Below are positions 1 through 7,699 of a stretch of DNA of 13,674 nt, one piece after another. Each line of letters begins with the position of its first letter. Position 1 is the first letter of the stretch. Both the position numbers and the translations under genes were made by a program. The notes beneath the pieces are model-generated. The model was not told the DNA's origin. It saw nothing but the letters and a program-made list of their open reading frames with translations, and did no database searches. Source of the DNA: Candidatus Hadarchaeota archaeon (lineage in GTDB: Archaea; CAYQAE01; CAYVLA01); contig CAZUNO010000045.1 in the NCBI GenBank assembly GCA_964621445.1, forward strand, positions 1 to 13,674, written 5' to 3'.

Positions 1-66
1 GGAAAAAGAGCATACGTCATAATCATCAAAGACTAACCAATTATGCAACACAGCAGTTTTTTACTC

Positions 67-74
67 TATTTAAG
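67..74 (+). promoter_or_regulatory. Putative archaeal TATA box (TATTTAAG) for the abiE operon
   Basis: TATA-like 8-mer ending about 25 nt before ATG 100, the usual spacing for a leaderless or short-leader archaeal transcript. Confidence 0.45.
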
Positions 75-83
75 ACGTATATC

Positions 84-99
84 GTTGGATGCATCTAAC
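84..99. promoter_or_regulatory. Near-perfect 16-bp palindrome, candidate AbiEi operator
   Basis: GTTGGATGCATCTAAC; reverse complement GTTAGATGCATCCAAC (one mismatched pair). It lies between the TATA-like box and ATG 100. AbiEi-family antitoxins are known to autorepress via promoter inverted repeats. Confidence 0.5.
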
Positions 100-900
100 A
101 TGGATGAAAGAGACGTAAGGGATGTTGAAGCACTTTCGCCGACTGAGCAAAAGATATACTCAAGGACATATTCAAAGAGGGTTGTAGCCACGGAAGACGT
201 CAGGGATGTCGTGGGAAGGGGGCATAAGTGTGCGGATTATATTAATAATCTGCGAGAAAAGGGCTATTTCCAGAAGATCAGGAAAGGATTGTATGCAGTA
301 GTTCCTCCCAACTTGGTGAATACGGACGAAATGAGGCCGGACAAGTTCATTGTGGCTAGTAAGATAAGGAACCAGTACTATATTTCTCATCATTCGGCCC
401 TTGAGCTTCAGGGCTTGGCCCAGTCCGTATTCAGCGTTGTTTGGATCACTAGTAAGAATCCTGGTAGGTCATTCTCCTTCCAGGACATTGATTACAGGAT
501 CATAACGACAAAGCACTTCTTCGGCTATGAAGCGATGGACTACTTAGGGGTTCCTATTAAAGTGAGCGACACGGAAAGGACGGTATTGGATTGCATCAGG
601 AATCATAAATATGCCGGAGGTTGGGAGGAGCTGATGAAAAGCCTGGAAAACCTCCCCTACCTGGATTTGGAGAAAATAATGGATTACCTGGGCAGATTCA
701 ATGAAAAGAGCTTGTATCAAAAAGCGGGATTTGTTCTTCAATCTCTAGATATCGAAATGTCGAGATATGTATTGATGAGATCTAAGGAAAAAATAGGAAA
801 ACGGACCTATTACCTAGACAAGAATAAGGATTCCTTCTATTTGAAGGAATGGAACCTGATGATACCAAAGAGGTTCAAGGAGTGGGTGACGGTTGCCTAG
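100..900 (+). CDS. abiEi: Type IV toxin-antitoxin antitoxin, AbiEi-family transcriptional regulator (266 aa from ATG 100; ORF track starts at 43)
   Basis: N-terminal wHTH-like 'LREKGYFQKIRKGLYAVVP', 'YYISHHSALELQGL' and 'KVSDTERTVLDC' motifs typical of AbiEi. Its stop overlaps the downstream toxin start by 8 nt. ATG 100 is preferred because of the TATA and operator positions. Confidence 0.88.
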   Translation: MDERDVRDVEALSPTEQKIYSRTYSKRVVATEDVRDVVGRGHKCADYINNLREKGYFQKIRKGLYAVVPPNLVNTDEMRPDKFIVASKIRNQYYISHHSALELQGLAQSVFSVVWITSKNPGRSFSFQDIDYRIITTKHFFGYEAMDYLGVPIKVSDTERTVLDCIRNHKYAGGWEELMKSLENLPYLDLEKIMDYLGRFNEKSLYQKAGFVLQSLDIEMSRYVLMRSKEKIGKRTYYLDKNKDSFYLKEWNLMIPKRFKEWVTVA

Positions 901-1615
901 ATTAGACAGACGGTTCTTTGAGGAAATGTCAGCCACTACCAAATTTCAAGTAGATATACTGGAGAAGTCCTATCGCTTGACCGAACTCTTGCGGGAAATA
1001 ACCGATACAAAACTTGGTAAGCTACTAGTTCTCAAGGGAGGTACTTCAATTAATTTTGTCTATTTCGACATCCCAAGATTGTCGGTGGATATTGATATGG
1101 ACTATATTGGGTCTGTGCAAAGGGAAACCATGTTGGACGATCGAGAGAAGATCGGCAAGGTCCTAAGGAGGATATACAAAAATCTGGGCTACGAACTTGA
1201 TGAAGACCAGAGATATGCGCTCCAACGTGATAACCTATATTACGAAAACTCCGCCCGAAACAGAGATAGGATAAAGGTTGAGACGAATTACCTCAAAAGG
1301 ACCACGATATTGAAAACCGTCAATAAGGTTTTCAGACATCCCTTTCCTTACAAATCATTTGAAATAAGGACACTAAATCCGAATGAGTTGTTCGCGCGGA
1401 AATTGGCTGCTTTGGTGATGAGAACTGCGCCCAAGGACCTTTATGATTTATACGACTTGCTACGAAGTGATATCTCCTTTGACAGGGAAATACTGAGGAA
1501 ATGTTTTATTTTCTCTTTGTGTCTTAGTGGGGACCCCAGGGAAGCGGATTTCAAGGTATTTGACCATATCACGGGCCATGACTTCTCAGATACCGGTGAT
1601 CTACACCTTAGATAG
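893..1615 (+). CDS. abiEii: Nucleotidyltransferase toxin, AbiEii/AbiGii family; C-terminus probably truncated
   Basis: 'LVLKGGTSIN', 'RLSVDIDMD', 'IKVE' and 'ELFARKLAAL...PKDLYDL' motifs. Coupled to abiEi (TTG 893 overlaps TAG 898-900). The last ~12 residues run into a HAD-like remnant. Confidence 0.88.
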   Translation: MPRLDRRFFEEMSATTKFQVDILEKSYRLTELLREITDTKLGKLLVLKGGTSINFVYFDIPRLSVDIDMDYIGSVQRETMLDDREKIGKVLRRIYKNLGYELDEDQRYALQRDNLYYENSARNRDRIKVETNYLKRTTILKTVNKVFRHPFPYKSFEIRTLNPNELFARKLAALVMRTAPKDLYDLYDLLRSDISFDREILRKCFIFSLCLSGDPREADFKVFDHITGHDFSDTGDLHLR

Positions 1616-1749
1616 CGATCGTCTGCCAAACTTCCAAGATCTTGCATACCATGCTCGCCGGTATAATTGAGCATCTGGGTATAGATGAATACATGGATGT
1701 GGTGGTTACCTCATCCCTTGTACAGGCGAAGAAGGAGGATAGGTACTGA
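1612..1749 (+). pseudogene. HAD-superfamily hydrolase internal fragment
   Basis: Frame from 1612 reads IAIVCQTSKILHTMLAGIIEHLGIDEYMDVVVTSSLVQAKKEDRY*, resembling the HAD pattern 'LAIVSN...L..LGI..YFD.VVTS..VG..KP'. No motif I (DxD) or N-terminus is present. Confidence 0.45.
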
Positions 1750-2314
1750 TCGTAGTGATCGGGAAAACGGCAGAGAAGGTTAGATTAATCCCTCCAACCT
1801 GGGGAAGCCTGGGCCGAATTTCCGCGGTTAAGGACTCCTTGGTAGATGTAACTAACGATTTCCTTGGATCGCCAACAATGGCCCTCCAGCACCCGGATCA
1901 ACTATAGGTGGTTGGGCTCCGTGATGTTCAAGTTCTAGGGGGAATCCTAAAGGATTTGGAGCCTCATGCCGAAGGTACAAGAGAGGATGAAGCTCGAGAA
2001 CTGTTACCAGACTACAATTTACACCTATTTGAGGAAGGAAACTATGAAGATAGAGCACGAGCCCAAATGTAACGCTTATGGAGGCATCGATATTAGAACT
2101 CCTTAAATTGTTAAAAAGAAGGAAAATAAGACCCTCAACTCGTGAAAAGGAAACACACACAAACTGTTATTCAAGGATAAAAATGGATAACAGAGCGGGA
2201 AAGGGCCAGGGAACAAAAGGACTCCTTCGTCCCGGTAGGAAGTGATACAACTCCCCGTGTCGGGGTTAAAACAATACTTAATAGAAGTAGCTTCAGCGAT
2301 CTGTGTGACAGGGA

Positions 2315-3503
2315 TTGCCGCGACTAATCGACATATGCGGGCTAGATGAATCTGGTAGGGTCGGAGAGGATATCATCTTTGTCCGAGCAGAGGTCGGTAT
2401 ACCTCAAGAAATAGATGTAATGGTCCGCAATTTGATCCATTTCAAGAAACTTATACCTTCGAAGAAAGATATCAAGGGTTTTGAGAAGACGAACCAACTC
2501 AAGTTTGCTCGGGAAGTACTTGATGATCCCACCACCAAGATAGTCGTCTATCGATTATGGGCCTCGACTCAATGCCGTCTCCTAAGAGAGATGATATCTA
2601 TCCAAGAGAATCAACTGTACGCAGCGAGAAAAGAACTCATAGATTACCATAAATCTCAAGACGATAGCAAACTGTGGCCGACGGTACAACTTCTAAAGCC
2701 CCTTCGGAAGGCCTGCCGTCCATATAGAGTCCCTGATCAAGAGCATCATTTTCCGGAAGATCGCAGAAGATCTCAATGATTATGCCTTAATCTTCAAAAG
2801 AGAAATACCAGAAGATTACAGACTAGTCGTTCAAGTCGATGGAGGTTACCCCTTTGTTTATTGGTGGCAGGATCTACTTGACGATAAGTCGATGTGTAAC
2901 CTGATACGCCGAAGAGTGATAGTTAATGGCATACGGTCGGGCGATGAATACTACCCTGTATTGGGATTAGCTGGGACACTAGCCAGAATACTGGGCCACA
3001 AGAAGGACAAATGGTATATGTGGCCCATGAAAACCATTCAGAGTAAGGATCTTCAAGGTGCCATGGATTCTGCGGAAAAGATCTACAATGACCACCATAG
3101 GGCATTATCATCCAATGCTTTTCAGTCCAGATGCTTGCTGGTGGGAGACATTCCACCTCATCTGAAAGGATTAATTCCATATCTCCTCCACCGCGAAGAC
3201 AGGAATATGGTGCCAGAACCGGTGAAATTATCAATGTCGCTTGAAAAATACTTGGACTATTTTGGACAGGGCTCTGACAGAGCTACAACCTTAGCGGTCT
3301 ATGGGGAGTCTCTTACCGCCCAAGATAGAAGGAACCTTCGCCTTTGCGAAGATAAGGGATTCCGTACGCAGCACTTCACGGAATTATTCGACTCTTTTGA
3401 TAAACTACTGAATGAGGTTGAAGAAACCAGCAACTTCTTGGGGAAAAACAAGAAACGTACGATCATGAGTGAGATTGGAAACCTAAGAACCATCGTTAAG
3501 TAA
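2315..3503 (+). CDS. Divergent RNase HII-fold protein (about 395 aa when rejoined), interrupted by a +1 frameshift at CCCC 2699-2702; joins track ORFs 2315..2779 and 2892..3503
   Basis: The frame of ORF 2892 is open back to 2697. Removing one C gives ...VQLLKPFGRPAVHIESLIKSIIFRKIAEDL...YRLVVQVDGGYPFVYWW... The rejoined protein has GLDESGR, PSKK, VVQVDGG and SGDEYYPVLGLAGTLAR, matching the RNase HII order GxDEAGRG / DSKK / hhhDG / KGDxxYPxhxAASILAK. Confidence 0.65.
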
Positions 3504-4355
3504 GGATAAAAGTAAGATAGATAGGTAATATCTCTGTTTGGTAGTGGCCCCGACACATACCCCCCAGGGGAGCATGCACCTACAGACCTAAAATGTATTT
3601 GGCCTTCATGCCTTAATAAGTTTATCCTTCTATCCTTCTCAGGTACTCAAATCCTACGAAAGCATTAAGGAAAACGGGACCATTCCTCGGGCGCCGGGGA
3701 CCAAAGCCGATCATCCTGACAAACACAACTCGGAGTCGGAAAGAAATGTCCGGGCCGAATTTTCCCGGGGTAGCGGGGAAGGGTCGTGAATCATAAGCAA
3801 GAATAATCTTTCCGTGAAGTGTTCTCACCAAGAGGACGCCAACTCTACTCGGCAGTCGGAGGCTGGCGCTGATTCAAAAGGCTGCACCGCCATACTTTTT
3901 TTTCTGAAACAGGATAGAAAGTAGATCATCTTCTTATCCGGGTCCGGCAAACGGCGGCGTGGATCTCCAATTTATTCCGAAAGCATGTCGCTGAAGCTCC
4001 ATCTTTCCACCAAGGAACTGCTGAGAGAGATCGCGATGTCCGCCCTTGTGAGGAACTTCGAGGGGGAAGTCGTGGACCCCTTCCACCCTCAGACGGCTGA
4101 AGGAGGCCGGGCTCCATGTTCAGTGGCCCCTCGAGGAGAGGTATCCCCCGCTGAGCCGGGAGTTATAGGCAATTGAGTTCAAATATTATTGACGGAATAA
4201 TTACGAAATCGGTGTGATGGAAGTCGGCCCAGATTCCCTTCATATATCAGTCGGAGGATTCCGGCTTCCCCCTGCCGAATCCGCCACGCTGGACCGATAA
4301 AAGGGCGAAATGGGTCCTAAGGGTTAAATAAGGAGAGATCGAATCTCTCTGTGCC

Positions 4356-5603
4356 TTGAATAGCGATTTTTGCCGGTTTGCTTACGCGGCGTTAATACTG
4401 CTACTAGTGGGCGTTGGGACGGTGCAGTGTAGAGAACTCAGAAGGGATCCCGAAACGGGCAGGATTAGAATACTGTATTTCGGTGATGCATTTGCCGGCC
4501 CCAGCCCCTATCCGATATATGAGAATGATCCTTTGACCACCGTGGTTGCCATCAAGGCCTCCGGCTTCCTCCATAACCCCTCGGTCATCAAGAGGCATAT
4601 GAGGGTGTACATGCCCAGGAGTCGGAGGAGATTGTTTGAAGGCTACGATATGATTGTGTTGAGCGACGCTAACATCCATTCCTTTAGGACCGGGTATTTC
4701 ACCTGGTTTCGGGAGGCGGTAATTGAACAGGGATTTGGTTTGGTGATGATCGGTGGACTTGAGACCTTCGGAACAAGCCCCACCTTTGCCGAGTCGTGGG
4801 GCGATACGGTGGTGGCCGACGTTTTGCCCGTCATCTGCCTGCCCGATCAATGGGAGGAGAAGGAGGGGATAATCTCCGTGGCAACTGCTGACAATCCATT
4901 CATCAACTCCCTGCCATTCGATGAAATAGGTCCTCACGGCGTTTTCCACGGATGCAACATCGTGGGGGAGAGGGAGGGGGTGAGACCCCTGGCCTATTAT
5001 GAGGTATACGGGATAGGCTCCGCAAGAAAACATCCATTGCTCTCTTACTGGGAGGTTGGAGAGGGCGCATCCTATGCCATGACGGCCGACTGGACTCCTG
5101 CCGGGGGGAGGGAGTTCCTACGTTGGGAGCATTATGCGAACTACGCACTAAACCTGGCCATGTATGTTTGCGGTGGCAACATCCCCCAGGACATCACCCT
5201 GGTCTACAAGACCAGAAGCCTTATGGAGGAGTACCGGAGCCGGAAAGCCTCTCTGGAGGAGACCATAGAATTCGTATCCAAGTTCGGAGCAAGGATGACC
5301 CCTGCAGAAAGGATATTGGCCGAGGCAGAGAACATAAGGGAGGAGGGGAACGAACACTACCTGGTTGGGGAGATGGATGATGCTTCTCAAAAGCTTGTAA
5401 ATGCACTGGACAGACTCGACGAGGCCAGCAAGGAGGCCTATGAGCTACGTGACCAGGCCCTGTTTTGGGTTTACGTATCCGAGTGGCTTGCCGTAGCATC
5501 CACAGGTATGGTTTGCGGCTTCATTCTCTGGACCTTGATGGTGAGAAGGAGGGTGTACCACGAGGTCGGCGAGACGAAGCTGAAGAGATTTGAGGGTAGC
5601 TAA
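4356..5603 (+). CDS. Membrane-anchored exported protein with class I glutamine amidotransferase-like (GATase1-like/DUF1355-type) domain
   Basis: N-terminal hydrophobic signal, 'YDMIVLSD' and 'GFGLVMIGG..TFG....SWGDT.VADVLPV' motifs, a helical Glu/Ala-rich stalk, and a C-terminal TM followed by RRR. A TATA-like GGTTAAATA lies near 4322-4330. Confidence 0.7.
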   Translation: MNSDFCRFAYAALILLLVGVGTVQCRELRRDPETGRIRILYFGDAFAGPSPYPIYENDPLTTVVAIKASGFLHNPSVIKRHMRVYMPRSRRRLFEGYDMIVLSDANIHSFRTGYFTWFREAVIEQGFGLVMIGGLETFGTSPTFAESWGDTVVADVLPVICLPDQWEEKEGIISVATADNPFINSLPFDEIGPHGVFHGCNIVGEREGVRPLAYYEVYGIGSARKHPLLSYWEVGEGASYAMTADWTPAGGREFLRWEHYANYALNLAMYVCGGNIPQDITLVYKTRSLMEEYRSRKASLEETIEFVSKFGARMTPAERILAEAENIREEGNEHYLVGEMDDASQKLVNALDRLDEASKEAYELRDQALFWVYVSEWLAVASTGMVCGFILWTLMVRRRVYHEVGETKLKRFEGS

Positions 5604-5883
5604 TTCCTTCCAGAGAAATGCAATCAAAAAGGCTTCCTCCCGATGTTGTCGCCCATGTAAAGGTTTCCGTCCGGAACTTAAGGTATTATCGGGAACATGT
5701 ATCAATCTAAGGGGTCTAGGGCTTTCTTCTCCCAATTTTGGTGAAACAAATCTTAACGATTCCTCCCCCTTCAGTATGGAATCGTGAAAATCGGTAGGAA
5801 GGGGAATTTCCCATCTGGATTCTAAAGGTGAAAACAACCCCTTTTACGGTAGATTCAAGATTATGCTGGGAAGATCGGTGTAT

Positions 5884-5905
5884 CCTTATAGAATTCTTTT
5901 TTAGG
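5884..5905 (+). promoter_or_regulatory. Candidate TATA box(es) for the tRNA gene
   Basis: CCTTATAG at 5884-5891 and TTTTTTAGG at 5897-5905. The second would put the transcription start near 5925, the first base of the leader repeat. Confidence 0.35.
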
Positions 5906-5924
5906 TAGGAATACAGAAAAAGCT

Positions 5925-6037
5925 GTGCCGGACACACAAAGCCCAGGTGACAGAGAGGCCAAATGTGTCCGGTTGAAAACCGGATAGGCTCTACGGCCTC
6001 GAGGGTTCAAATCCCTCCCTGGGCGCCTGTCCGGCAC
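5925..6037. repeat. Perfect 10-bp inverted repeat flanking the tRNA (GTGCCGGACA 5925-5934 / TGTCCGGCAC 6028-6037)
   Basis: Read directly: the two 10-mers are exact reverse complements, 6 nt before and 2 nt after the tRNA body. Confidence 0.9.
5941..6025 (+). tRNA. Class II tRNA with serine-type body and GAA (Phe) anticodon, 85 nt, CCA not fully encoded
   Basis: Acceptor GCCCAGG 5941-5947 / CCTGGGC 6018-6024; discriminator G6025; D stem ACA/TGT with AG and GG in the loop; anticodon stem TCCGG 5968-5972 / CCGGA 5980-5984; loop TTGAAAA with GAA at 5975-5977; variable arm AGGC-TCTACG-GCCT; T arm GAGGG-TTCAAAT-CCCTC. Confidence 0.93.
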
Positions 6038-6038
6038 G

Positions 6039-6048
6039 TATTTTTGTT
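6039..6048 (+). terminator. Oligo-T tract, candidate archaeal terminator of the pre-tRNA
   Basis: TATTTTTGTT immediately after the 3' arm of the inverted repeat. Confidence 0.45.
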
Positions 6049-6656
6049 GACGTTCTAACCATAAAAACGTATCGTTTGATACAGATAAGGATAGAATATG
6101 GTCACAACCAAAAAAATCCAAAAAACAAGCCATATCCGAAATTTCGGATTTGAATGCACGAGGTCAAACCAATCCTCTTTATGGTAAGGTGAAGGACTAT
6201 TTGTATCCTGGGAGACACCGATCTGCCCAGAGTATTTCTCCATCTTCTTTTTTTGAAAGTGGGCTGCCCTTAGTTTGTCTGCCTAGTTGAAAGATATCCG
6301 CATCTACGGAATTTTCTGTAGATCCCCATAGTGTTTCGAATTCCTGTAGCAGCCCAAAATACGTGGCATTCATTTTCCGAAAATCGGCTTTTTAGGTAGC
6401 CTACCCAAGGCCAACCAGCGAGGCATAGATATCGGGTCTCCCCCAAACCCCCAAGAGTCAACCATCAACCAAAAATCCCGTAAATTCCTTCTATGAACGA
6501 TAATATTCAGAAAAATAACATCATAAAAAGCACCAATATCCTCGTAATTAGGGCTTCTTGTCCCGCTATGGCTTGGACATTTCTAGCTTTTCTTCCCCCT
6601 CATTATCAAGCATTTCATCAAGGCCAGCGAAAATATTACTCAAGGCATCTTTAACA

Positions 6657-7674
6657 TGATTGAATCCGAAAATTATTTCACCCCCTTGTTTGTGGTGGTG
6701 AGGTGGTTAAGCTTACTGACTTGAGGATTAGGTGGTTGATGAGGCGGAAAGAGGGAGGGGGAGGACGCACAGGAAGATGGCCAGGGTGTATGGTATCACG
6801 CCTAGACAGCTCCAATAGCTGTGGGCTTAGTACAGGTCCACTGAAGAGATGTCCACTCTCAAGAAACCAGGTAGACCCAAGAAGCCTCCTGACCCGGTGG
6901 AAGAGGAGATGGTTCTGGGGATGTGGCACATGCACCAGGTGTGTGTGCGGTCATACTGGAACACCTGATCCAGAAGGAGCATGACAGGAGGATACCGCAT
7001 AATTGTATTCACAGGATCCTTATGAAGCATGGCTATCCGGTGCGATAGGAAGCATTCCATGTCTCTGTGGCATGGATTGGTACGAGATGAACAAGATCGA
7101 TCCACAGCTCGGAGAATGGCTGTTGACGGTGCAGGACGACTCCTCGAGGAAGATCATGAATTTCGGCGTGTTCGATAACGCTACCTCCAGGCATAGCGTG
7201 GAGGTTCTAGACAAAGCTATCCGTAGGCGCGGTGCTCCGGACGAGGTGATCACCGATAAGGGTGTACAGTTCTACGCTATGGATGGCAAGTACAAGAAGA
7301 ATGGGTACAACGAGTTCGAGAAGTACCTACAGGCCCACGGCATTCGGCACATACTGGCCAGGACCAGGCACCCCCAGACCAACGGTAAGATAGAACGCCT
7401 CTTCCAGATCATGGCCAGCCAGGTAAGCTACCACACATCTCTCAACGACATGATAGAGTAGTACAACACCAAGAGACCCCGCATGAGTCTAGGGATGGCC
7501 ACACCGGAAGAAGCCTTCTGGAACAGGATGAGCATGGAGAGAATGCTCGGACAGACCAGCCACATACTCAACCCAGAACACTTCACCCCAGACCAAACAC
7601 CGAGATGAAGACATGACCAACACCAACCAAAAAACACCAAACACAGAGGGGCGAAATAATAATGGGATAAGACA
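6657..7674 (+). mobile_element. Degenerate IS481-family insertion sequence (about 1.0 kb)
   Basis: Imperfect terminal inverted repeats: left ...ATCCGAAAATTATTTCACCCC (core 6672-6684), right GGGGCGAAATAATAATGGGATAAGACA ending in ACA at 7674 (TGT on the other strand, typical of IS481). They enclose a decayed DDE transposase. No target duplication seen; the left boundary is approximate. Confidence 0.8.
6703..7608 (+). pseudogene. IS481-family transposase pseudogene (HTH + rve integrase core)
   Basis: Pieces across frames: MVKLTDLRIRWLMRRKE / MARVYGITPRQLQ*LWA*YRST...LKKPGRPKK / IPHNCIHRILMKHG / RKHSMSLWH / DWY...VQDDSSR...ITDKGVQF...HPQTNGKIER...E*YNTKRPRMSL. Several frameshifts and in-frame TAG stops (e.g. 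7459-7461). Confidence 0.88.
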
Positions 7675-7699
7675 CCTGCAATATGTTTTGGGAAAGCAT

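Noticed and set aside
1787-1795. AATCCCTCC matching the tRNA T arm (6010-6018) as a possible att site
   Set aside because: Only 9 identical bases and no integrase in the window; compatible with chance.
3925-4168. GC-rich segment as RNase P or SRP RNA; also a second CCCCTTC (4077-4083) apparent frameshift
   Set aside because: Conserved RNase P and SRP motifs were not found. It reads better as a small frameshifted coding relic of unknown family, and CCCCTTC occurs elsewhere in the window, so it is not a specific signal.
5968-5984. Reading the tRNA as Ser(TGA) with a 2-nt loop deletion
   Set aside because: It needs a 6-bp stem with a 5-nt loop. The 5-bp stem and 7-nt loop are in exact register with G26 and the variable arm, which gives GAA.
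5941-6025. tRNA-Leu, tRNA-Sec, tRNA-Pyl or ordinary tRNA-Phe
   Set aside because: G73 and the variable-arm geometry argue against Leu; the 7/5 fold and anticodon exclude Sec and Pyl; the long variable arm, G73 and A37 are not features of archaeal tRNA-Phe.
5925-6037. Flanking repeat as a bulge-helix-bulge splice site (permuted or split tRNA) or as MITE ends
   Set aside because: The tRNA is in normal order and complete, no 3-4-3 BHB geometry is formed, and no target duplication flanks the repeat.
6055-6461. Small minus-strand ORFs downstream of the tRNA as toxin peptides
   Set aside because: 6055..6243 has a hydrophobic stretch, but it comes from an A-rich tract and no family or expression signal supports it.
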